Position numbers and translations under genes: made by a program
Shown here: positions 1 to 9,007 of the stretch, piece after piece
Numbering within the stretch: the first letter of the stretch is position 1
How the letters are laid out: each line of letters starts with the position of its first letter
DNA from: a virus
Taxonomy: Duplodnaviria; Caudoviricetes
Strand: one strand, 5' to 3'
IMG/VR virus record: IMGVR_UViG_3300032285_001165
Coordinates: 1 to 32,530 of that record
DNA: 32,530 bases
The notes under the pieces: generated by a model
The model's database searches: none
The model's input: only the letters and a program-made list of their open reading frames with translations
Told to the model about the DNA's origin: nothing

Positions 1-26
1 GTAGGTATCAATGCTGGAGCGTTTTA

Positions 27-2312
27 ATGACAGCAAAGGTTGTAGCCCTCCATGTCGGACCGGGCATCCAGCGTGATGGAACCTTGTTTGCGTCAGTCTC
101 TTATGTAGACGGTAAATGGGTTCGCTTCCAGTATGGTCGCCCACGCAAAATTGCAGGGTACAACGCATCATTCCTGAACGCAAAAGGGGTAAGCCGTGGA
201 ATGATCATGAGCTCCCAAGACGGGATCAACTATGTGATTTCTGGATACAGCAACGGTTTGGAACAATGGACGACTGACAATGATGACGCTGTCGGATCGG
301 GTCCAACAAACATCGAGCCAGTGGGCCCACTTTCTAGCATCACGATTGTTAGTCAAGGAACTGGGTACACAAACGGTACCTATACCAATGTGGCAATCGT
401 CACTGGTTCTGGAGCTGGTACTGGAGCACGAGTCACCGTAGTTGTGTCAAGCAATTTGGTGTTCTCAGTGACCGTCACAACCGCTGGAACTGGATATGTG
501 CACAACGACACTGTGACGATTCCATCTGCGAGTATTGGTGGAACTGGATCAGGTTTTGCAGGGTATGTGGAGTCTTTGACTTACTACAATCCAAACCCCA
601 ACACGCTGTGGCAGATGGATATTGGTTATGACCCATACGGTACTGGGAACAATAACTTGATCGCCCACCCCGGTCAAAACCTGTACGACATCTCATCGAC
701 CACAAACACCCGCCCCATGATTGGCGCATTCACAGGTACAACCATGAATCCTGTGGGCGTGTTTACTGCTAGTGGAACAACCACCAACGGTTCTCCAAAT
801 GTGACCTTTGCCACCACCAATATTGCGATGGGAGCAGGTGTAACCGTCACTGGTACTGGTATCCCAGCCAGCACCACGATCGTGTCGTCAGGGTTGGTGA
901 GCAACGCCATCACGCTGGCAGGTGTAGCTGTAACAGGTACAGCAGGTCAATTCTCGTGTAGCGCAACCACCTTGTTATTGAATCAAGAAGTGGTTGTGAC
1001 TGGTACTTTGACTGGTACTGCGACAGGTATTTCAGCAGGTACTTACTACATCATCGCTACCAACGGCACAACAACTTTCACTCTGTCCACCACTAAAGGT
1101 GGTACAGCGATTACGACTACCGCAGGAACAACCGCAGGTCTGACTTTTGTAGCGCAACTATCAAGTGTCTGGACGGTAGTTTTGAGCAATAACGCTACCG
1201 CATCAGGTACCGTGACACTGACTTTTGACAACAACATCAGCGTGTCTGGTGGTGTCGTCATGTTGTACCCCTACCTGTTTGTGTATGGGAACAATGGACT
1301 GATCCAGAACTGTTCAGCAGGAGACTTCAACAACTGGACATCTGCTGACTCAAACGCCAACAACATAGCCTCTACCAAGGTCGTCAAGGGGTTACCTTTA
1401 CGGGGTGGTACAACCTCCCCTGCTGGGTTGTTCTGGACTCTAGATTCCGTGATACGGGTCACCTATTCACCTCAACAGGTGGGTACTTCTACGCTGTACT
1501 GGCGCTATGACCTGATCACCCAACAGTCATCGATTTTGTCTAGCGCATGCGTTATCGAATATGACGGCATTTATTTCTGGGCTGGTACTGATCGTTTCCT
1601 GATGTACAACGGTGTGGTTCAGGAAGTCCCAAACAACCAGAACTTCAACTACTTCTTTGACAACCTGAACTACAACCAGCGCCAAAAAGTCTGGGCAAGC
1701 AAAGTCCCACGCTGGGGTGAAATCTGGTGGTTCTTCCCTTCTGGGGATAGCGAAGAATGCAACGATGCAGTGATTTACAACATCCGTGAGAAGTGTTGGT
1801 ATGACGCAGGACAAGCACTAGGCGCTCGTCGCTCTGCTGGGGTGTTCTCTGAGGTGTTCCGTCGCCCCATCTGGGGTGGATGGGAAGAAAACAATACTGG
1901 TGAATACACCCTGTGGCAACACGAAAAGGGTACTAATCAGGTCTACACCAACAATGTGGACGCAATCGAGTCCTATGTGGAGACCAACATCATCAGCGGA
2001 AGCGTTGGTTTGGTGGGTACGGTACAGGGAGCTGGGGACAATGTATGGACACGCTTGGAGCGTGTGGAACCCGACTTTGTACAGAATGGTCAAATGGAAT
2101 TGATCGTCACAGGTAAGTCCTATGCGGAAGATGTCGATGATCCATCAGATCCCTACCCTTTTGACCCGACTACCCTTAAAATAGATATGAAAGAACAGCG
2201 TCGTGAGATGCGGTTGCGCTTTGGTAGTAATACTCGGAATGGCGACTATTTCATGGGTCGTGTGATCTTGAGCATAGACACAGGCGATGTCCGTGGAACG
2301 GGTAACCCATGA
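27..2312 (+). CDS. Tail/head-stabilisation (nozzle) protein, P22 gp10-like, with a Thr/Gly/Ser-rich beta insertion
   Basis: 761 aa. N-terminal PGIQRDGT...WVRFQYGRPRK and C-terminal aromatic beta-propeller-like region (EIWWFFPS...AVIYN) resemble podophage gp10-like proteins. It lies just before the internal virion genes. Confidence 0.65.
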   Translation: MTAKVVALHVGPGIQRDGTLFASVSYVDGKWVRFQYGRPRKIAGYNASFLNAKGVSRGMIMSSQDGINYVISGYSNGLEQWTTDNDDAVGSGPTNIEPVGPLSSITIVSQGTGYTNGTYTNVAIVTGSGAGTGARVTVVVSSNLVFSVTVTTAGTGYVHNDTVTIPSASIGGTGSGFAGYVESLTYYNPNPNTLWQMDIGYDPYGTGNNNLIAHPGQNLYDISSTTNTRPMIGAFTGTTMNPVGVFTASGTTTNGSPNVTFATTNIAMGAGVTVTGTGIPASTTIVSSGLVSNAITLAGVAVTGTAGQFSCSATTLLLNQEVVVTGTLTGTATGISAGTYYIIATNGTTTFTLSTTKGGTAITTTAGTTAGLTFVAQLSSVWTVVLSNNATASGTVTLTFDNNISVSGGVVMLYPYLFVYGNNGLIQNCSAGDFNNWTSADSNANNIASTKVVKGLPLRGGTTSPAGLFWTLDSVIRVTYSPQQVGTSTLYWRYDLITQQSSILSSACVIEYDGIYFWAGTDRFLMYNGVVQEVPNNQNFNYFFDNLNYNQRQKVWASKVPRWGEIWWFFPSGDSEECNDAVIYNIREKCWYDAGQALGARRSAGVFSEVFRRPIWGGWEENNTGEYTLWQHEKGTNQVYTNNVDAIESYVETNIISGSVGLVGTVQGAGDNVWTRLERVEPDFVQNGQMELIVTGKSYAEDVDDPSDPYPFDPTTLKIDMKEQRREMRLRFGSNTRNGDYFMGRVILSIDTGDVRGTGNP

Positions 2313-2554
2313 TAGTTTATGACCCACGAGAAATGACTTGGGAGCAGTACAACAAGCTGATGGAAGAGCTGTTTGCTGGTAACCAACTAGGTCATGTTCC
2401 TGAGGAAAACTGGCGTGACTGGGTAGATGGAATGAACGGGATTGGATATTTTGTCCAGTCAGGGGTGCCAGATCATCGTGGATACGAGACTTGGCAAGAT
2501 TGGGCAAAACAAATGGTCGGCATTATGTCCGTCCAGCAATCAGCGGGAGTTTGA
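2309..2554 (+). CDS. Hypothetical virion-module protein (Trp-rich)
   Basis: 81 aa, ATGA overlap with the upstream stop. Confidence 0.7.
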   Translation: MIVYDPREMTWEQYNKLMEELFAGNQLGHVPEENWRDWVDGMNGIGYFVQSGVPDHRGYETWQDWAKQMVGIMSVQQSAGV

Positions 2555-2555
2555 T

Positions 2556-2927
2556 TTGAAACCTACAGATGTCATAACAGCGGACTCTCAGAAGAGGGGT
2601 TTGAATCCAAAGCTCGTTTTGGTTGGCGTAGCTCATATGCTCAAACAAGGCGGTCTTCTCCTCAGCCAAGAAAACACTGTTTTGCTTCTGCAACGGATTT
2701 CTCAAAAAGCGTTCGCCGCGCACCTCTTCACCACAGACTCACCCCTAGGTCTGTCAAAAGCCCTCCTTCAGTTCTTTGCACAGATGCAAAACAAAGGCAT
2801 CCATCGTCTGTATGGTCAAGCTGACAATGAAGAGATCATCAATCTTTTAAAGCAATTAGGTGAACGACAAGGTGTTGAAGTTCATGAATCTAATCTGCCT
2901 AGATACAACTGGATGATTGAACTATGA
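2556..2927 (+). CDS. Hypothetical protein, possibly GNAT-like (position of T7 gp13-like genes)
   Basis: In-frame TTG at 2556 with GGGAG at 2545-2549 is a more plausible start than 2442. Function is inferred from position only. Confidence 0.5.
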   Translation: MKPTDVITADSQKRGLNPKLVLVGVAHMLKQGGLLLSQENTVLLLQRISQKAFAAHLFTTDSPLGLSKALLQFFAQMQNKGIHRLYGQADNEEIINLLKQLGERQGVEVHESNLPRYNWMIEL

Positions 2928-4726
2928 ACAAGATCGGTGGGTTCAGTACCCAGCACCTAGGCGCTCAGGTTTTCCAACCGTATAGCGAAGACAGTATTCT
3001 TGGATGCGGTAGCGTCATCCGTCACTACGGTGGTGGTGGTGGAGTTATTGGAGCAATTGTTTCGATCGGTTTAGCGATTGCTACTGACGGAGCAAGCTTG
3101 GCACTGTGCGCCGCTGAGGATGTCGCCATCGCTTCTGAAGCTTTGGATGCTGTTGATACCGTTGATACGATTAGTAACATTGACAACGCAACCAATGCAA
3201 TTGACACAGTAGAAAACATTTCATGCGTGCCCACTTGTGCACCTGATGTTCCTACCTGCTCACCTGCACCATGCACTCCATGCGTTCCTGCATGTAATCC
3301 ACAGTTGTGCACAGAACCAACATGTGTTCCATGCACTCCTTGTACACCTTGCACACCTTGTGAGCCATGCGCTCCATGTGACTATTGCTCACCATGTTGC
3401 ATGCCATCAGGATGCACACCTTCTACATGCTTGCCATGTGCATGCCTACCAGCACCATGTGGTGGTTTGGATTGCGCTATGTGTATGGCGTGCGACTATT
3501 GCGCTCCAACTGATTGCTGTGTTCCAACAGATTGTTGCGTTCCATGCGACATGAATTGCTGTGTGACTGACTGTTGCACTACAGATTGCTGTATGTCATG
3601 CGATTGCGGTACATGTTGTGATTGCTCTTGCTGTGATTGTTCTTGCTGTGGATGTGAATGTGGTTCTTGCAAACCTCGTCGCCCAAGACGACCAAAGATT
3701 CCGCACACAAACACACCAAAACCAAAAGTACCAAAGACACCAAAAACGCCTGTTACACGCTCACCTGTAACTTGCACACCAACTAAAACATTCACTGGCG
3801 GTTTAGGCGCAAAATGCGCTATGCCAGTCGGAGGAGGACGCATGCCAAACTTTTTATGTAGCCACGCTGACATCTTGGTAGACAAGGGTGGAAGACAACG
3901 AGGTGCTTTGCCTAAATTGCAAACGCAATCTATTTCAAACATTTTGAAAGAAGAGAAGGCAGGCTTGCCACACATGGGTACCTCAGGTGGTATGCCAATG
4001 TGCTCATACTCTGGCGTGGATCCTATGGGTTTAGGTATTGGTTGTGGTGGTCTAGGATTCTCTGGTGGCGGTTCCGCAGAAGAATGCAAACCAGCAAGCA
4101 AGACTATCGACTGGCAAAAGACTTTTTGCATGAAACAATACGAACCCAAGTGGGCGTGCGACAAACCTGAATTCTTGCGTGGTGGTACTGGTGGACAGAA
4201 ACCTGAACCAAGAGCTCTCCAGCAAATCAAGTCATCCATCACAGGAGGACTTGCCAACGGTGGTTTGCCACAGCATTACGCATCCGCAACGCCCAAAGGT
4301 CACAACCCTGAGTTCATCACTGGTTTGACTGGGTACTACGCCTGCGGTGGTGGTACAGGTCAATCAGACGACATTCCAGCGATGTTGCACGACGGTGACT
4401 ATGTAATGGACGCTGAGACCGTATCGGCTCTTGGTGACGGTTCTAGCAAGGCTGGAAAGCAGGTTCTAGACGGTTTCCGTCAACAGGTACCTCACAAGGC
4501 AGAGGGTGGCAGTTTGCACCCTGTTCCAGCCAAGATCGCTGACGGGGAATATGTATTCCCAGCGTCATTTGTCACAGCCCTAGGAGGTGGCGATAATAAG
4601 CGTGGTGCAGAGATTCTTGATGGGTTGCGTACTAAATTGCGTGCCCATAAAAGAGGTGCTCCATTGAACAAAATACCACCAAAGGCGAAAGACCCGATTG
4701 ATTACATCAAGAATGGGAAAAGATAA
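2924..4726 (+). CDS. Internal virion protein with a very Cys-rich tract and a duplicated C-terminal 'SDDIPAML.DGDYV / PAKIADGEYV' module
   Basis: 600 aa. 50 Cys in aa 101-249. GGGTGQSDDIPAMLHDGDYV resembles a motif common in tape-measure and ejection proteins. Confidence 0.7.
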   Translation: MNKIGGFSTQHLGAQVFQPYSEDSILGCGSVIRHYGGGGGVIGAIVSIGLAIATDGASLALCAAEDVAIASEALDAVDTVDTISNIDNATNAIDTVENISCVPTCAPDVPTCSPAPCTPCVPACNPQLCTEPTCVPCTPCTPCTPCEPCAPCDYCSPCCMPSGCTPSTCLPCACLPAPCGGLDCAMCMACDYCAPTDCCVPTDCCVPCDMNCCVTDCCTTDCCMSCDCGTCCDCSCCDCSCCGCECGSCKPRRPRRPKIPHTNTPKPKVPKTPKTPVTRSPVTCTPTKTFTGGLGAKCAMPVGGGRMPNFLCSHADILVDKGGRQRGALPKLQTQSISNILKEEKAGLPHMGTSGGMPMCSYSGVDPMGLGIGCGGLGFSGGGSAEECKPASKTIDWQKTFCMKQYEPKWACDKPEFLRGGTGGQKPEPRALQQIKSSITGGLANGGLPQHYASATPKGHNPEFITGLTGYYACGGGTGQSDDIPAMLHDGDYVMDAETVSALGDGSSKAGKQVLDGFRQQVPHKAEGGSLHPVPAKIADGEYVFPASFVTALGGGDNKRGAEILDGLRTKLRAHKRGAPLNKIPPKAKDPIDYIKNGKR

Positions 4727-5955
4727 TGGCTAACTTACTGCAATCCTCACAGAATAAAACGACCTGTGCACCGTCGTTTTACACGAACTACCTGACAAAC
4801 CTTGCATCTAAGGGACAGCAGGCGGTTTGCAATTCTCAATACGCTGGTGCACAACCACTCCAGACAGAAGCGTTTTGCAAAGCACAACAGAATTTTGGGT
4901 TGTCTCAACCTGCGTTCCAAGCGGGTCTGGGGTACATGGGTTGCGCCGCTAATCAAGACATCACGGGCGCGGCGTTACCGTATGTGCAACAAGCGGCTAA
5001 CACGAACACCGCTCAGTTAGCTCAGTGCTATATGAGCCCATACATTCAGACTGCTGTACATGGCATGTCTGATATTGCTAACCGCAACATTCAGCAAAAC
5101 CTGTCACCACAGGCAACAGCGGCCGCTGTCGGTAGCGGTCAATTTGGTTCACAGCGTGGCGCTCAAGTGTTGGGTCAAGTGCAAGCAAACGCTATGCAAG
5201 ATCTGAACACACAGATTGCTAACATGGAGAACCAAGGGTACAACCAAGCGTTACAAGCGGCGATTAACAAGCAACAGATCCTCAACCAAGCAGGTTCTAC
5301 CGCAGGTACTGTTACCGCAGAACAAGCTCGTGCACTCCAGCAAGCAGGTCTGGGCATGGGTACGCTGGGTCAGCAACAACAAGCGGCTAACCTTGCGTGT
5401 GTCAACGCACTCGCTACTCTTGGTGGTCAACAACAGACGATCGCTCAGAACGCTCAGTGCTACCCACTGTCTCAATTGACTAAGTTGTCAGGTCTGTTGC
5501 AAGGCGCTCAGATCCCAACATCAGTCAAGACGACTATGTGCATGTCACCTTTCTCTGCGCTGGGCGCGGCTGGGGCTGGCGCACTCGGTATCTTGTGCAA
5601 GTACCCAGATGTATTGTGCAAAGTCTCTGGCGGTCTCAAGAAAATGTTGCCTAACAGTGGCATGTCAGCGAAGGATATTGCCGCCGCCAAGAACGGTTGG
5701 CACATGGCTTCATGCGGGAAGATGTTGGATGAATGTTGCAATCCAGTTGATTGCACTTCTTGTGGATGCCAAACCAATCCTTGTTGTACCGCATGCAACT
5801 CATGCTGTGCGTGCGATACATGCGTAGCTTGCAATTGCTGTGCTTGCCTGTGCTGTACCTGTTTCGCGGCTACTGGTGGTTCAATCCGTTCTAAGGGTTT
5901 GGGCGCAATGGGTTGTGCATCAACTCGTAATCGTGGTGGTCTACCTAGGGGTTAA
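4726..5955 (+). CDS. Internal virion / DNA ejection (pilot-like) protein with Cys-rich C-terminus
   Basis: 409 aa, Q/A/G-rich, YMSPY...GQFGSQR motif typical of podophage DNA-transfer proteins. 20 Cys in aa 330-379. Confidence 0.7.
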   Translation: MANLLQSSQNKTTCAPSFYTNYLTNLASKGQQAVCNSQYAGAQPLQTEAFCKAQQNFGLSQPAFQAGLGYMGCAANQDITGAALPYVQQAANTNTAQLAQCYMSPYIQTAVHGMSDIANRNIQQNLSPQATAAAVGSGQFGSQRGAQVLGQVQANAMQDLNTQIANMENQGYNQALQAAINKQQILNQAGSTAGTVTAEQARALQQAGLGMGTLGQQQQAANLACVNALATLGGQQQTIAQNAQCYPLSQLTKLSGLLQGAQIPTSVKTTMCMSPFSALGAAGAGALGILCKYPDVLCKVSGGLKKMLPNSGMSAKDIAAAKNGWHMASCGKMLDECCNPVDCTSCGCQTNPCCTACNSCCACDTCVACNCCACLCCTCFAATGGSIRSKGLGAMGCASTRNRGGLPRG

Positions 5956-5957
5956 AT

Positions 5958-7733
5958 ATGGCTGGTGAAGAAAAACAAGTAGGTGGGTTGCCCAATGTGG
6001 GCATTGACATGAACAAGTTGCCTTTGTATGGGCAGGATGACGAACGCCTTGCAGAGTTGAACCAAGCACAAAGAGATGCGATCTCTGCACTGGAGCAACG
6101 CTATCAAAAGCCAAACTGGTTTAAGGTCGCCGCTGGTTTTGCCAAACCACAACTTGGTGGTTTCTTGGCATCTGTAGGTAGCGCCGCGGAAGCGTTTGGT
6201 GAGAACATCGAGCAAGAGCGTGCCAACAAATTACCAGTCGCTCAGATGAAGCTCCAACTCGCTCAGTCAAACATGTTGTTGGGAGCGAACAAGAAAGTCG
6301 CTGACCAGATCAAGAAGTGGAAGGATGAGCACCCCGGTGAGACCCCATCCGCTCAGTTGGTGGGTGAGTGGGCGGCTACCGCACCCGGCTCTTCTACCGT
6401 TGAAGCACTCAAAAACGAGCTCAAGTACCAGCAAGATCAGCAGACTCAGACACTACAACGCATCAAGCAAAAACAAGATGCGAACATTCCTTTGTCACCT
6501 GATGAGATGGGTTATCTCAAGAACATCAAGCCTGAGGGTACTCCTCGTGACACTACAAAACCAGCACCTGCTGGCGCTACGACAACTACTCCAACAACAG
6601 GCGCAGAACCTGCCAAGGAAGAGAAAGCAAAGCCAAACAATGTCTACATCCTTCCAAGTGGCGCTCGTGCTAACGAAGATGTCTACAACCTGCACAAGAG
6701 CGGTATTCCGATTATCAGCAATATTCGCACTAAGGAAGAGCAGGAAGCTTTGCGTGATCCAAACAATCCTAAATTCACTAAAGAAGGTCGTCCTGTCGCT
6801 ACTGACAGTAAACACTTCACTGGTGATGCGATTGATCTGGATCCAAGCAAAAAGCTCACAGCACCTCAATTGAAGATTTTGGAAGAGCAAGGCTGGAAAC
6901 AAACCAATCCTAAGAACGATCCCAACCATTGGGAGCGTGAACCTGCTAAGGTCGCTGAGATCAAACCTCAACCGTCTGCACCTGCTCCTGCAAAAGCTGG
7001 CGAAATTTATCCACAGTCTTTGCCACGACCAGACACAGAAGGTCTTGGTTCAGAAGATCGTCGAATCCAGATAGAGCAACATGGCGCAAGTGCAAAAGCA
7101 TTGGAAGCTCCATACCAAGAGAGCGTAGGTAACTTGCAAGCTGTCGCAACAGGTCCATCCTACACACGCATCAAGAACTCATACGACAACGCTATTCGCA
7201 TGATTGATGAGAACCCAGAGTTAGCACGCAAAGTGTTTGCGATGGTTCGTCAGGATCCGATCCAAGCGGCGCTGGCTGAGGGCTTTGGTGTGCACGCTGG
7301 CGCATTCAACGCCAATGTAAGCTTGCCTGTGAAAGCATTCTTGGACGCTGGTTTGCCTGAGTCAGCAAAGAACTACGCAGACAAGTTGTTTAGCTCGATC
7401 ATGAACATCACCATGGCTAACTTGCGCTCACAGGGCGTGGCGATGGGTAAAGTCCCACAACAGGAATACATGAAAGCCTTGTCTGGTTTTGTGAGTCCTG
7501 ATCAGACTGCCCCCGCCGCCCTCAACCTGTTGCATCACAGTCGTGCTGAGTTCGATCACAACAAAGAGTACTACGACACCATTCAGAAAGAATTGCCACG
7601 CACAAAGGGTAGTCCAACACCTTATGCCGACATTCACAACAACTCTGAGAACCTAAAGAAGATCGACAGAAAATACGATGCGATCAAGAGAAAATATGAT
7701 GCAGATTACAGAGCGAGGCTCAAAGGAGGTTAA
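5958..7733 (+). CDS. Internal virion / ejection protein with M15-family peptidoglycan peptidase domain
   Basis: 591 aa. Central RTKEEQ...SKHFTGDAID...DPNHWE matches the M15 Zn-peptidase pattern (R..Q, SxH..GxAxD, DxxH). Confidence 0.7.
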   Translation: MAGEEKQVGGLPNVGIDMNKLPLYGQDDERLAELNQAQRDAISALEQRYQKPNWFKVAAGFAKPQLGGFLASVGSAAEAFGENIEQERANKLPVAQMKLQLAQSNMLLGANKKVADQIKKWKDEHPGETPSAQLVGEWAATAPGSSTVEALKNELKYQQDQQTQTLQRIKQKQDANIPLSPDEMGYLKNIKPEGTPRDTTKPAPAGATTTTPTTGAEPAKEEKAKPNNVYILPSGARANEDVYNLHKSGIPIISNIRTKEEQEALRDPNNPKFTKEGRPVATDSKHFTGDAIDLDPSKKLTAPQLKILEEQGWKQTNPKNDPNHWEREPAKVAEIKPQPSAPAPAKAGEIYPQSLPRPDTEGLGSEDRRIQIEQHGASAKALEAPYQESVGNLQAVATGPSYTRIKNSYDNAIRMIDENPELARKVFAMVRQDPIQAALAEGFGVHAGAFNANVSLPVKAFLDAGLPESAKNYADKLFSSIMNITMANLRSQGVAMGKVPQQEYMKALSGFVSPDQTAPAALNLLHHSRAEFDHNKEYYDTIQKELPRTKGSPTPYADIHNNSENLKKIDRKYDAIKRKYDADYRARLKGG

Positions 7734-7735
7734 AC

Positions 7736-8698
7736 ATGGCTGACCCAAAAGAAGATAACCGCACGGACGAAGAAAAAGAAGCTGACCGTGAAGCGGAAGC
7801 GTATTTCAAAGAATTGCACGGTGATAAAACTGGCAATCTTTATGACACCGTAAGCACTCCTTCAGAAGCAGAGAAGATCGAAGCCCAGAAAAAAGCCAAA
7901 GAAATTCCCAAGTCTGAAGTTGCTACTGTGGCAGGTGGGGCGGCTACGGGCGCATACCTGACTCATAAGGATGCGATTCGCAACGCTGGCAAAAACTTCT
8001 TGACCCCTGCTGAAGGCGTGTACGCACCCAAAGCACCTACTGCTGGTGTTCCTTCTGCACTTCTTGATGCCGAGCACATTGGTGCTCATGTGGACGACTA
8101 TGACACAATGGTCGAGAGAATGATGCAAAGCATCCGTGACGAAAAGAACAAACCTACTGGTCGCCAGATGGAAAGCGCACACAACTGGGAATCCAATCGT
8201 CAAGCGTTGGAGCGTGAAGCGCACATGAAGCAACCCGGTGCAAAGCAGGTGATCATCAATGCAGGCCCACAGACACCGACTCGTGGTGGTATTGCGGTGC
8301 CACAGCATGTAGCGGCTCAGGCTGAAGAGGACGCACTGCGTCGTGAAGCACAGAAGCGTGTAGCTGAACAGACAATCCAGCGGGAAAAGGAAGCCGCTCA
8401 ACTCGCCAAGCAACAAGCGGAAGCAAAGGTGGCTCAACGGGCTGGCATTCGCTCTGGTGTAGGCAAGGTAGGTATCGGTGCCTTAGGTGGCGCTCTGGGT
8501 GCCAAAGACCTCTACGATGTGTACGACAAGTACAGCAAGAACCAACCCCTGAACGAGGAAGACTACCTCAAGATGGTGGGTGGTTTAGGTGGTCTTGTCG
8601 CCACTATTCCAACACCAGTCACTGAGGCAATCGGTCTCGGTCTGTCAGGTGGAGCATTAGCTTACCCCTACGCTAAGAAGGCGCTGGGGTACAAATAA
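7736..8698 (+). CDS. Putative internal virion protein, last gene of late operon
   Basis: 320 aa, AGGAGG RBS, coiled coil and Gly/Ala-rich hydrophobic C-terminus. Confidence 0.6.
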   Translation: MADPKEDNRTDEEKEADREAEAYFKELHGDKTGNLYDTVSTPSEAEKIEAQKKAKEIPKSEVATVAGGAATGAYLTHKDAIRNAGKNFLTPAEGVYAPKAPTAGVPSALLDAEHIGAHVDDYDTMVERMMQSIRDEKNKPTGRQMESAHNWESNRQALEREAHMKQPGAKQVIINAGPQTPTRGGIAVPQHVAAQAEEDALRREAQKRVAEQTIQREKEAAQLAKQQAEAKVAQRAGIRSGVGKVGIGALGGALGAKDLYDVYDKYSKNQPLNEEDYLKMVGGLGGLVATIPTPVTEAIGLGLSGGALAYPYAKKALGYK

Positions 8699-8778
8699 AT
8701 TCGTGATGTCATCTCCGTCATGAATGGCCTTGCAGTGGCCCTTCGCCCCCTCTGCTTCCCTCAGAGGGGGTTTTTTTT
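8699..8778 (+). ncRNA. Candidate 3'-UTR-derived small regulatory RNA (three hairpins)
   Basis: Stems 8699-8708/8716-8725 (loop TCATCTC), 8726-8729/8737-8740 (loop TTGCAGT) and the terminator stem. Loops are complementary to early-gene leaders. Confidence 0.5.
8745..8778 (+). terminator. Rho-independent terminator between convergent operons
   Basis: CCCCCTCTG/CAGAGGGGG 9-bp stem followed by T8. Confidence 0.9.
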
Positions 8779-9007
8779 ATTTCTTGTTTTCTTGTGTTCT
8801 GACTTCCAGAATCTTGTCAGCGACTAGCGTGTTGTAAGCTCGTGCCACCTCAACGCATGACGCTCTTTCCTCCTTTATCAACACAGGTTTTGCCTTGTCG
8901 ATGATTGCGTTAGCAAGCTTGACGAGGTCGTCTTCAAGGAAGTTGTAGTTCTCTTCCAAGTGAGCATTGACGAATGCTTCTGTGATCTCTTGTTTGGTTA
9001 GTGTCAT
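8777..9007 (-). CDS. Hypothetical protein
   Basis: MTLTKQEIT start overlaps the stop of the upstream CmoA-like gene (ATGA). Confidence 0.7.
   Translation of the reverse strand: MTLTKQEITEAFVNAHLEENYNFLEDDLVKLANAIIDKAKPVLIKEERASCVEVARAYNTLVADKILEVRTQENKK

Noticed and set aside
3025-4257. Antisense ORFs 3025-3354 and 3496-4257, and His-rich +ORF 3237-3554
   Set aside because: Shadow frames of the low-complexity Cys/Pro tract, with no RBS or operon context
2924-5955. Cys excess explained by TGY codon reassignment
   Set aside because: Cys codons sit at canonical positions elsewhere (MTase PC, helicase and HNH CxxC), and the enrichment is limited to two genes
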